Source of the DNA: a virus
Direction: 5' to 3' (one strand)
Length of the DNA: 64,000 nucleotides
IMG/VR virus record: IMGVR_UViG_3300020056_002272
Coordinates: 1 to 64,000 of that record
Made by a program: the position numbers and the translations under genes. Position 1 is the stretch's first letter, and the number at the start of each line of letters is the position of its first letter. The notes under the pieces are model-generated. The model was not told the origin of the DNA. It saw only the letters and a list, made by a program, of their open reading frames with translations, and did not search any database. Positions 55,370 to 64,000 of the stretch are shown piece after piece.

Positions 55370-56419
55370 ATGATAAAAAAAGTCGAACTAGAAATAACCA
55401 GTGATTGTAATGCTGCCTGTCCTGGCTGTGCAAGAACACTTAATAAAGATTTACTGAGAATACAAAGTTTTTCGCTGCAAGATTTGCAGAGGATATTTCC
55501 TGCTGACAGTTATGCAGGTGTTGAATTTAAATTTTGCGGAGTTCTCGGTGATCCTATAGTCAATCCAGATTGCCTTGAAATGACTCGTTATTTGGTTGAC
55601 AAAGGCGGATATGTAGAATTTAGCACAAATGGGGGATATAATACAGCCGATTGGTGGCAACAATTAGGAAATATTGCAACACAATACCCAGGCTTATTAC
55701 ATATCCATTTTTGCATAGATGGCCATGCAGAAACCAATCATATATATCGTGTAAATACCAAATGGAATATAATAGAGCGAAACATAGAGGCTTTTTCAAA
55801 GTCGGCTCCTGCCCAACATGCAACATGGATTTATATTATATTTGACCATAACGAGCATGAATTAGAAAATGCAAAAAAACATGCAAACAAATTGCAATTT
55901 CATTTTGCTACTCGCACAGGTATGCGTAACAGTTACCATCAGTGGATTTCGCAGATAGGAAAAAAGAATGACAAAATTACAAAAAAAATTACCACAACCG
56001 GAAATAAAGAACACAGTAAAAAATCCGTAGTAAAAGATCTAGATAAATTCATTCAGCAATATAAAAGCAGTAAAGTTGACAAAATACAAACAGAAAATAT
56101 TATAAATTCTATTGTATGTAAATACATACACGAAGGCGAGATTTTTATTGCTAGCGACCAGACTATGTGGCCTTGTTGTTTTTTATGGGATAGTGCATTT
56201 AAAAACAAAGAAGACATTGTTACTAAATTAAATAATTTCGAACCTAATTGGAATAGTCTAAAGCATTATAGTATTGATGAAATAAGACAGCACCCTTGGT
56301 TTGCCAAACTTTTATCTGCTAGTTGGGATCCTAATCATGAACTGCATTTTACAAGATGTGTAAGGACCTGTGCAAAAAACAAAGCCTATCATAACGAAAT
56401 AAACTACGTAGATAATTAG
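55370..56419 (+). CDS. Radical SAM protein, paralogue of 53021
   Basis: CNAACPGC, CGVLGDP, PCCF, C-terminal CxxxC. Confidence 0.88.
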   Translation: MIKKVELEITSDCNAACPGCARTLNKDLLRIQSFSLQDLQRIFPADSYAGVEFKFCGVLGDPIVNPDCLEMTRYLVDKGGYVEFSTNGGYNTADWWQQLGNIATQYPGLLHIHFCIDGHAETNHIYRVNTKWNIIERNIEAFSKSAPAQHATWIYIIFDHNEHELENAKKHANKLQFHFATRTGMRNSYHQWISQIGKKNDKITKKITTTGNKEHSKKSVVKDLDKFIQQYKSSKVDKIQTENIINSIVCKYIHEGEIFIASDQTMWPCCFLWDSAFKNKEDIVTKLNNFEPNWNSLKHYSIDEIRQHPWFAKLLSASWDPNHELHFTRCVRTCAKNKAYHNEINYVDN

Positions 56420-56431
56420 GTAAGTAATATT

Positions 56432-57826
56432 ATGAGCAGAGTTAGCGACACATTTTGCATTTTACCCTGGGTGCATTTAAGCACAAGGCCTGATGGAAGT
56501 ATGCGGGTTTGTTGCACAGCAAATGCAAGCAGCGTCGGCCCTACAAACGATAAAGAACATGGTGGACAAGTTGGTATTCTTAAGACTGATGACGGCAAGC
56601 CAAACAATCTTAATGTAACAGATTTTCAAACTGCATGGAATAGCAAGTATATGAAAAATGTGCGCAAGCAAATGATGAATGGCGAAAAGCCTCCTAGTTG
56701 TTTGAAGTGCTACAAAGAAGAAGCAGCAGGCCATAATTCAAAACGCATGTGGGAAACTGCCTATTGGAGCCAGCGCACTGATGTAGACGAGCTTATTGCA
56801 AATACAACAGAGGATGGCGAAGTTCCACCTAATCTGGCATATATAGATTTGCGTTTCGGAACAAAATGTCAACTGGCATGTGTGATGTGTAGTCCACATG
56901 ATAGTTCAGGCTGGATCAAAGACTACAAAAAGATTTTTCCCTCTGTGCAGAATGAAAGTCTAAAAGAGACAATGCAATGGCAAGACAAAGGCAGCACAAA
57001 CGGCAGTAGTTATAATTGGCACAAACAGAACCCTATGTTCTGGAATCAGTTTTATGAGCAGATGCCAAGTATGCAGCAAATTTATTTTGCAGGCGGCGAA
57101 AGCCTAATTATAGAGGAACATTATGAAATACTTGAACATGCAATTAAAATGGGATATGCAAAAGATCTGGAAATTCGATATAACAGTAACGGAGTTGAGT
57201 GGAGAGAAGATTTATTTGATTTATGGAAAGAATTTAAACTTGTAAGGTTTCATTATAGTGTAGATAGCATACACGAGATGAATGACTATATACGTTACCC
57301 AAGTAAATGGAAACGCACAGAAGAAGTATTTCATAAATTAGACAAAGAAACAAGCAATAATGTTGAGATTACCATTGCATGTGCAGTGCAAGCACTGAAC
57401 ATATATTACTTGCCAGATTTTATCAAATGGAAACTAGAACAAAAATTTAGTAAAATAAACATGTGGCCTTTTGGTGCAGGAGGCATAAATTATCATTTTG
57501 TTTACCATCCACCGCACTTAAATGTAAAAGTGTTACCCGAATGGTTCAAAGCAAAAGTGCGTAAAAAGTATGAAGAGTTTTATCCTTGGTGGCAAGAAAA
57601 CTGGGAGTTGGGTATTCCTAGTTGGCACAAAGGCAAAATAACCAAAGAAATGTTTGATGCTGCACCTTATGGTATAAAACGATTAAAAGGTATGTTATCA
57701 TTCATGGAAAGCGAAGACTGGAGTATACGATTGCCTGAAATGAAAGAGTTTTTAGATTTATGTGACAAACAGCGTGGTATAACTTTTGACGAAACTTTTC
57801 CTGAAATGAAGGATATATTCAAATGA
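56432..57826 (+). CDS. Radical SAM protein with N-terminal twitch-like segment
   Basis: CILPW..VCC..CLKC, CQLACVMC, AGGES, YIRYP. Confidence 0.88.
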   Translation: MSRVSDTFCILPWVHLSTRPDGSMRVCCTANASSVGPTNDKEHGGQVGILKTDDGKPNNLNVTDFQTAWNSKYMKNVRKQMMNGEKPPSCLKCYKEEAAGHNSKRMWETAYWSQRTDVDELIANTTEDGEVPPNLAYIDLRFGTKCQLACVMCSPHDSSGWIKDYKKIFPSVQNESLKETMQWQDKGSTNGSSYNWHKQNPMFWNQFYEQMPSMQQIYFAGGESLIIEEHYEILEHAIKMGYAKDLEIRYNSNGVEWREDLFDLWKEFKLVRFHYSVDSIHEMNDYIRYPSKWKRTEEVFHKLDKETSNNVEITIACAVQALNIYYLPDFIKWKLEQKFSKINMWPFGAGGINYHFVYHPPHLNVKVLPEWFKAKVRKKYEEFYPWWQENWELGIPSWHKGKITKEMFDAAPYGIKRLKGMLSFMESEDWSIRLPEMKEFLDLCDKQRGITFDETFPEMKDIFK

Positions 57827-58440
57827 AAATAGCAATATTTGGTTGTAGTTATACACACGGTGTTCCAGAAATAGATAATGGAATATCTTGGGTAAAAATA
57901 CTCAGCACAAAATATCCAAATATACAATTCGATAATTATGCCTTTATGGGCTCTAGTGTTTTGTTCCAAATTAATTTGTTTAGGCAATTAAAATTTAAAT
58001 ATGATAAAATTATTTTTCAAATAACCACTCCTGGTAGAATCACTTATTGGCTATCGGATAAAAAAGAGTTTTTAAACAATAGGACAATTATTAACAATTA
58101 TTCTTATTTTAATTACAGCTTAGAGGATATACAAGTTGTCACTCCGGCTATTTTAAATCAATTTAAATTATCGTCACCTTTTTGGAAAACAGATAAAGGT
58201 AAAAGACAATATGCACAGCTACATTATGGTAAGCTAAACCATGAATTAATTGATTGCGAACATGAGATTTATCAAGATTATGTCAAAGCAAATACAGATT
58301 TTTGTTTTACCCAAAAAAATATTGTAGAAGAGTGTAACAAAGATTTTAAAAAAGACTGGGCCGGTCATTTTTATACAGATGGACATAAATGGCAGGCTGA
58401 TTGGGTAGAAAGCCATTGCAAAGAAAAGGGCATATTATAA
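57823..58440 (+). CDS. SGNH/GDSL-like hydrolase or acyltransferase
   Basis: IAIFGCSYTHG, block II G (MGSS), C-terminal DWAGHFYTDGH. Confidence 0.6.
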   Translation: MKIAIFGCSYTHGVPEIDNGISWVKILSTKYPNIQFDNYAFMGSSVLFQINLFRQLKFKYDKIIFQITTPGRITYWLSDKKEFLNNRTIINNYSYFNYSLEDIQVVTPAILNQFKLSSPFWKTDKGKRQYAQLHYGKLNHELIDCEHEIYQDYVKANTDFCFTQKNIVEECNKDFKKDWAGHFYTDGHKWQADWVESHCKEKGIL

Positions 58441-59291
58441 TGTTTGAGCTTGGAAACGGAATAGATATATCAGCTGTAAAAAGCAAACGCTTTGGCCAAG
58501 TTATGGAGTTCTATAATCGTATAGGATTTTTTGATCGATTTCCCCATTTTACAGTAAATGGATTTCCAATATACTTTGACATTACTAAAAAAAGAATTGG
58601 TATAAATTTAAGTTCGGGAGCAGATAGCACCTTGTTAGCATACTTGCTTTGCGAAGCTATCAAAAAAACAGATTGTGATATAAAAATATTTCCTATTACA
58701 TTTGCACGCCACTGGGAACATAATAAATGGAACGAAGATGCTAAAACAGCAGTGTATGAAGATCTTGCAGAGAGATATCCGCAGATTATACAACCTCAAC
58801 TTTGGACAATGTTGCCAACTGCATATGAGTTTACACCTGTTAGCATGTTAATGTTCAACGATGATTATACAAAACCAAGAGAATTAATTGAAATGGATGC
58901 AAAAATAGAATTGTTTCATTTTATGGAGTATAATACCTGGGCAGCAAGACATTATGAATTAGGAGTAATGTATAATGGTAGTAATGTTGTGCCTGAAGTA
59001 GAACTTTCGTCTATGCCTGTTCATAGAAAACACGAAACTTTGACAGCAGGTGATCAGCTAGAGGTAGTTGCGCCAATTGAAAAGTTTGGTGCAAATTTTG
59101 TGCAGGCAAATCCTTTTGGTTTGATTGAAAAGGATTGGGTTATTGCACATTATGATTATTTCGGTATCACAGATTTATTAGAAAAAACAGTGAGTTGCGA
59201 AGCAACACTTCATGGTTGCGGAGCATGTTTTCATTGTGATGAAAGGGCTTGGGCTATAAAAAATAAAAATAGGATTTTAGATGCATTATGA
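58440..59291 (+). CDS. QueC-like PP-loop ATPase
   Basis: Start revised to 58440 (TAATG overlap). LSSGADS, NPF..K, SC...CGACFHC.ER. Confidence 0.75.
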   Translation: MFELGNGIDISAVKSKRFGQVMEFYNRIGFFDRFPHFTVNGFPIYFDITKKRIGINLSSGADSTLLAYLLCEAIKKTDCDIKIFPITFARHWEHNKWNEDAKTAVYEDLAERYPQIIQPQLWTMLPTAYEFTPVSMLMFNDDYTKPRELIEMDAKIELFHFMEYNTWAARHYELGVMYNGSNVVPEVELSSMPVHRKHETLTAGDQLEVVAPIEKFGANFVQANPFGLIEKDWVIAHYDYFGITDLLEKTVSCEATLHGCGACFHCDERAWAIKNKNRILDAL

Positions 59292-59860
59292 ACTCCAGCA
59301 TTGTAACTGTCAATCTATATAGCGGTAGGAAATTACACGAATATTATAATCCGCATACTTGGGATACTTTCTGGAATACAATTAAACATTTAAAATATGC
59401 TGACAAAGTTCATTTAGTATGTTATATTGGTATTGTGCAATTAATGGAATTATCTGATTTAGTCAAAGCAGTAATAGATTTGGAGTGTGATACAGTGCAG
59501 TTTGTAATATTAGAAAAGGAACAAAATCCTGCATTGTTATATGAAAAATTTGAGTCACATGTCAACGGAGAAATTGCGATTGCAAAAAATATTGTAAAAA
59601 AATTTACAAACAAACGCTATCAAAATTTTAATGAAACAAAATTATTAAACACATATAACAATAATACTTGGGATGATGTTGTAGCACTTAAAAATTTATT
59701 AATAAGTTTAGAAGAATTATTCCAAAATCCTGTAAAAAACAGTGACGAATATTGGAGACAATTCACAGATATGTTAGTAAGCAATTTAGAAACTAAAAAT
59801 ATAAACGATTATGTAGATAGTTATAAACTAGTTGGAGGCGAAATATATTCAAATGTTTGA
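59288..59860 (+). CDS. Hypothetical protein
   Basis: Coupled ORF; N-terminus loosely like the C-terminal half of the radical SAM proteins. Confidence 0.5.
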   Translation: MNSSIVTVNLYSGRKLHEYYNPHTWDTFWNTIKHLKYADKVHLVCYIGIVQLMELSDLVKAVIDLECDTVQFVILEKEQNPALLYEKFESHVNGEIAIAKNIVKKFTNKRYQNFNETKLLNTYNNNTWDDVVALKNLLISLEELFQNPVKNSDEYWRQFTDMLVSNLETKNINDYVDSYKLVGGEIYSNV

Positions 59861-60677
59861 ACAAAACAATAAACTATATGACAAATTGCACAAAGATTTG
59901 ATACGAACAAATATAAATGGATTAGACATAATGTTTGATTCAAAATGGAAGCGTATTGGCGTAAATTTGAGCGGCGGCGCTGATAGTTGTTTGCTTACTT
60001 ATTTGCTCTGTAAAATTATATCGGATAATAATTTAGATACAAAGATTGATGTAATTACATATCAACGATGTTGGGAAACTAGACCATGGCAAGGGTATGT
60101 AAGTTTAGAAGTTTATAATTATCTATGTAATTTATTCCCAAATATATTAGCAAATAGATATACTACTTTTATACCTCCAGAATTGGAACACGGTGCTATT
60201 GGTCCTATAATAAACGGCAGAAGTGTGGACCAAGTAATTGTTGGTAGTTTTAATAAATTTGCATCATGGAATTATAACTTAGATGCAGTTTTTAATGCAA
60301 CTAGTAAAAATCCAGATGATACTCGCAGTGATCGTATGCAAAATAGAGATAAAGATGCAGCAGACGGAAAGCTAATAGACTTGTGGATTTATGCAAATAA
60401 ACTTAATACAGTATTTGCTCATCCTTTTAGATTTGTAAAAAAAGATTGGATTGTAGCTCAGTATCATATTTTTGAGATTTTAGATTTATATAATACAACA
60501 CGCAGTTGTGAAGGAGATATAAATCATAATCATGCAGTATCTGATGTTTGCAAGGATTTTACAGAATATTCAGACGGTATGCATATTCCAATATGTAACG
60601 AATGTTGGTGGTGCGAAGAAAGAACCTGGGCAGAATCGCAAGTTGAAAATGTAATTAAGGAAATATATGAGCTTTGA
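59853..60677 (+). CDS. QueC-like PP-loop ATPase, second paralogue
   Basis: LSGGADS, HPF..K, RSCE...CNECWWC.ER. Start 59853 or 59832. Confidence 0.75.
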   Translation: MFEQNNKLYDKLHKDLIRTNINGLDIMFDSKWKRIGVNLSGGADSCLLTYLLCKIISDNNLDTKIDVITYQRCWETRPWQGYVSLEVYNYLCNLFPNILANRYTTFIPPELEHGAIGPIINGRSVDQVIVGSFNKFASWNYNLDAVFNATSKNPDDTRSDRMQNRDKDAADGKLIDLWIYANKLNTVFAHPFRFVKKDWIVAQYHIFEILDLYNTTRSCEGDINHNHAVSDVCKDFTEYSDGMHIPICNECWWCEERTWAESQVENVIKEIYEL

Positions 60678-61842
60678 TACAATAGATTTACTTACCGGAA
60701 AGGTATTTCAAGTAACTTGGGACACAGGCAGACGCTGTAATTATGATTGCAGTTATTGTCCTGCGCATAGGCATGACAATTTTAGTAAACATGCTACACT
60801 TGAAGAACTTAAAAATAATGTTGATTTTCTATTTGAATATGTAGATTTGCATATGAACTATCTAAAGATAAAAAAAGCAAGTTTTGGTTTTACAGGTGGC
60901 GAGCCCACAGTAAATCCAAACTTTATTCCATTCGCACAGTATTTAAAACAGCAGTATGAAGAAAAATATTCAGATAGTTGGTATGCAGGTTTCGCTCTTA
61001 CTACTAATGGCGCAATGAGTGAAAAGATGGGCCAAGCAGTAATGGAAAATTTTGGACATGCTACTGTAAGTTATCATGCCGAAAGCGATAACAAACTGAA
61101 ACAACAGGTTAAGGACCGTATAAAACAATTTTATTTACAAGGTCCATCACACGAATTTACTGTAAGTGTCAATGTAATGTTTCATGCTGCTTACTTTGAC
61201 GAGTGTAAAGAGTTGTGTGATTATTTGCATGAGCTTGGAGTTAGCTACGTTCCTAGAATTATAGGAGAAGAGCCAGATAGTAAAAGTAATTTTGCTCATC
61301 AATATACTGATGAACAATTAGATTACATGAAAAATTATTGGAAATACAAAAATGAAAAGTTAAATGAAACAGCTGAGGAAACAAATATTTTAAGTGCGGC
61401 AGGAAAAAAGACATCAGAAGGTAAAAAACTAGGATTAACAATAGGACGTCCGTGTTGCGGAAGTAGAGAAATGTGTCTTAGCAAAGATGGGGAAAGTAGA
61501 AATGCTACTTTTGTAGACTTTAGAGAATTCAAGGGCTGGAATTGCAGTGTAAACTGGTTCTTCCTACATTTAGAACAACAAACAGATAGCATTTACCATC
61601 ATCAAACCTGTCAAGCTCGGTTTGATAAAACTAGAGGACCTATTGGTAAAATTAGTGAAGGTAAAAAATTAGTAGAAGATTTACGTAAAAAAATGGAATC
61701 CGGAACTTTGCCAACTGTTATTTGTCCGAAACAAACATGCGGTTGTGGACTGTGTGCTCCAAAAAGTTTATACAAAGATAAATTTTTAGAAGTTTTAGGA
61801 AATCATTTAGATTTAGGAGTGTTAGATGATTATAACAGGTAA
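60667..61842 (+). CDS. Radical SAM protein with Cys-rich C-terminus
   Basis: CNYDCSYC, TGGEP, TTNG, SYH, PCC, CPKQTCGCGLC. Confidence 0.88.
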   Translation: MSFDTIDLLTGKVFQVTWDTGRRCNYDCSYCPAHRHDNFSKHATLEELKNNVDFLFEYVDLHMNYLKIKKASFGFTGGEPTVNPNFIPFAQYLKQQYEEKYSDSWYAGFALTTNGAMSEKMGQAVMENFGHATVSYHAESDNKLKQQVKDRIKQFYLQGPSHEFTVSVNVMFHAAYFDECKELCDYLHELGVSYVPRIIGEEPDSKSNFAHQYTDEQLDYMKNYWKYKNEKLNETAEETNILSAAGKKTSEGKKLGLTIGRPCCGSREMCLSKDGESRNATFVDFREFKGWNCSVNWFFLHLEQQTDSIYHHQTCQARFDKTRGPIGKISEGKKLVEDLRKKMESGTLPTVICPKQTCGCGLCAPKSLYKDKFLEVLGNHLDLGVLDDYNR

Positions 61843-62380
61843 CAAGACAGAAGGCGTTGCCGGCGCTTTAGCAAAATTATATCCTGATGCTGAATTTTGC
61901 AGTAGACAAAACGGGTTTGATTTCGGACGTAAAGCCGACCAAGAAAGGCTTGCTGACCTTGTGTGTCATCATGATATATTTGTAAATTGTGCTGCTTTGT
62001 TTAAATTTAATCAGACTACGCTTTTAAACATAGTATATCACAAATGTGTGTTAGAAAAGCATAATTGTCACATAATAAATATAGGCAGCACAACGGATCG
62101 TGTTAAAAAAGGTGGCGCATGGTTGTATAATGCTGAAAAGAAAGCATTACAAGATTATTCAAATACATTAGGCTTGACAGGTGTTTGGGCAAGTGGACCA
62201 AAAGTAAGTTACATTAGTTTTGGAACATTGAGTAACAATGCAGAAAAGCATCCTGAGCGAAAATTACTAGATATTGACAAAGCAGCACAATATATAAAAT
62301 GGATAGTTGAACAACCAAAAGATTTAGTAATTAATGAGCTAAGTATAGATCCTATGCAACCGGAGTTTTGGCACAAATGA
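61826..62380 (+). CDS. Short-chain dehydrogenase/reductase-like protein
   Basis: IITGNKTEGVA, FVNCA, INIGS, YNAEK (YxxxK). Confidence 0.75.
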   Translation: MIITGNKTEGVAGALAKLYPDAEFCSRQNGFDFGRKADQERLADLVCHHDIFVNCAALFKFNQTTLLNIVYHKCVLEKHNCHIINIGSTTDRVKKGGAWLYNAEKKALQDYSNTLGLTGVWASGPKVSYISFGTLSNNAEKHPERKLLDIDKAAQYIKWIVEQPKDLVINELSIDPMQPEFWHK

Positions 62381-63600
62381 ATGACATAGACAAGGTATAC
62401 TGCCCATTGCCCTTTAGGGCATTAGCATTTAAAGAATTTATAAATGGAAAATTATCAGGTGCTACGCCTTGCTGTATGATGCTTAACACGCTAGATGACG
62501 GATTTGAAGATACAACTAAAAGATTTGAAATACCTAATGTAGAAAATTTAACACCAGATGAAATTTTCAATAGCGAACGTATGAAAGAACTGCGACAAAA
62601 CATACTTAATGGTAAAAGAGATTCGGCCTGTAAGGTATGTTGGCAAGCAGAAGACAGAGGCGTTAAAAGTTATAGAGAATATATGAAGGCCGATGAGGTA
62701 AATTTTGAACCTAAATTACGAGAAATAGATCTAAGTATTAGTAATGTTTGTAATTTAGCATGTAGAATGTGTGCTCCTACAAATAGCAACTTGTTACAAA
62801 AAGATCATAAGTTTTTTAAAGACAATGGTAAGTATGGAGAAATATTAAAAGCAACAAATGGACGTTGGTATACTAGTTTTCCATATGATGGCGCAAAATC
62901 AAAGCAATGGCACTGGATTGTTGAAAATATACAACACTTAGAAACATTAAAAATGTCAGGCGGCGAGCCATTTTACGATAGAAAAGTAATAGATCTTTTA
63001 CAAATGTGTGTTGACAAAGGCTATGCAAAAGATATTTCGCTAGAATTTCACACCAATACTATTTGTTTTGACGATAAAATTATTGGATTATTAAAAGAAT
63101 TTAAAAATAGACACACTTTTAGTATAGACGGAGTTGGAAAAGTATATGAATACATCAGGCATCCAGCAACATTTGAGCAGCTTGATGCAAGTTTACAATT
63201 ATATGTCAAACACATGCCTCAAAAAATGTTGCACATAAATTATGTTGTTTCTATACTTAATGTTTTTAGCACAATTGATTTTTTAGACTACATGGAAAGT
63301 TTAAATGTTGAATATCATGTGTTTTTCAGCGAGGTATTTCCTAATACCAGAGGCACAGGGTTGCGGCATTTAAGTTATGATTTACTTGAGCAAGCACACT
63401 GCCTTGTTTTAGACAATTTTGACAAATATGGCAAAGAAACTATGGTAAGATTAGAACAAGTTGTTAAAAATGCAAAAGAAAAATGCAATACAAACCAATC
63501 TCTGGCATTAAAAGAGGTAAAATTATTTGATGAAAGTCGTAATCAGTCTTATGAAGATTATTTGGATAAAAGAATTTGCGAGTGGTTGAATGGAAAATAA
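62377..63600 (+). CDS. Radical SAM protein with N-terminal twitch-like segment
   Basis: Start likely 62377 (ATGA overlap). CPLPF..PCC..CKVC, CNLACRMC, GGEP, SIDG, YIRHP. Confidence 0.88.
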   Translation: MNDIDKVYCPLPFRALAFKEFINGKLSGATPCCMMLNTLDDGFEDTTKRFEIPNVENLTPDEIFNSERMKELRQNILNGKRDSACKVCWQAEDRGVKSYREYMKADEVNFEPKLREIDLSISNVCNLACRMCAPTNSNLLQKDHKFFKDNGKYGEILKATNGRWYTSFPYDGAKSKQWHWIVENIQHLETLKMSGGEPFYDRKVIDLLQMCVDKGYAKDISLEFHTNTICFDDKIIGLLKEFKNRHTFSIDGVGKVYEYIRHPATFEQLDASLQLYVKHMPQKMLHINYVVSILNVFSTIDFLDYMESLNVEYHVFFSEVFPNTRGTGLRHLSYDLLEQAHCLVLDNFDKYGKETMVRLEQVVKNAKEKCNTNQSLALKEVKLFDESRNQSYEDYLDKRICEWLNGK

Positions 63601-64000
63601 CGCTTGGTCTACTAAAACACTAGAATGGATAGATATAGAACTTACCAGTTTTTGCAATATCAGGTGTAAAGGCTGTTTTAGAGTCCTATCGGAACATGCA
63701 GATAAAATTTTAAACACAACCTACTTAGATTTAGAAACAATACAAAATAAATTTAAAAAAGAAATGTTTCCAAACATAAGAATAATTAATTTTTGCGGAA
63801 GTGTAGACGAACCTTGCAGCCATCCCCAATTTTTTGATATTGTAAAACACTTTGCAACATGGAATTGCCACATCAATATTGCCACCAATGGTAGTTTACG
63901 AACAACACAATGGTGGGAAACACTTGCAAAAATACTGCCTAAAAGTCATAGAGTAACTTGGGGCATTGATGGTAGTGATGAACTGTCTGAAGTGTATAGA
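63590..64000 (+). CDS. Radical SAM protein (partial, runs off the window end; not in ORF track)
   Basis: Manual translation MENNAWSTKTLEWIDIELTSFCNIRCKGC...FCGSVDEP...ATNGS...WGIDG; same type as 53021 and 55370. Confidence 0.85.
   Translation, partial: MENNAWSTKTLEWIDIELTSFCNIRCKGCFRVLSEHADKILNTTYLDLETIQNKFKKEMFPNIRIINFCGSVDEPCSHPQFFDIVKHFATWNCHINIATNGSLRTTQWWETLAKILPKSHRVTWGIDGSDELSEVYR

Noticed and set aside
58440-61842. Complete preQ0/7-deazaguanine DNA modification operon (QueC plus QueE)
   Set aside because: FolE, QueD and DpdA are absent from the window, and the 391-aa radical SAM protein is longer and more Cys-rich than QueE.
5000-63717. Numerous 60-170 aa ORFs antisense to or nested in long genes
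   Set aside because: No RBS or recognisable motifs; expected shadows of the real coding strand.
1-64000. Bacterial chromosome, eCIS/tailocin locus or eukaryotic giant virus origin
   Set aside because: gp46/gp47/gp55, TAAATA late promoters, SD sequences and T4-like baseplate order indicate a large tailed bacteriophage; no integrase or housekeeping genes seen.

Overview
This 64-kb window is part of an AT-rich, large myovirus genome (distantly T4-like, probably jumbo-phage class) using the standard genetic code. From left to right: (1) a partial tape-measure-like gene (minus strand, missed by the ORF track), divergent from a gp26-like hub/tail chaperone pair joined by a likely programmed -1 frameshift; (2) a late-promoter gene for a possible internal head protein; (3) a roughly 400-nt GC-rich, highly structured non-coding element directly downstream of a minimal GIY-YIG nuclease, in an operon with gp46/gp47 (Rad50/Mre11) next to a gp55-like late sigma factor; (4) a contractile-tail baseplate and fibre module (gp53, hub, gp5, gp25, gp6, a 4880-aa wedge protein, several fibre-like paralogues); (5) from about 41.4 kb to the end, a dense enzyme cluster with four glycosyltransferase-like genes, eight radical SAM genes (one partial), two QueC-like PP-loop enzymes, a TauD-like dioxygenase, a methyltransferase, an SDR and an SGNH-like protein. 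Two promoter classes are readable: sigma70-type (TTGACA-17-TATAAT) and T4-late-like (TAAATA). The best candidates for undescribed biology are the GIY-YIG plus structured RNA locus, the glycan/radical SAM modification cluster and the frameshift. All family calls come from motif recognition by eye; no searches were run.
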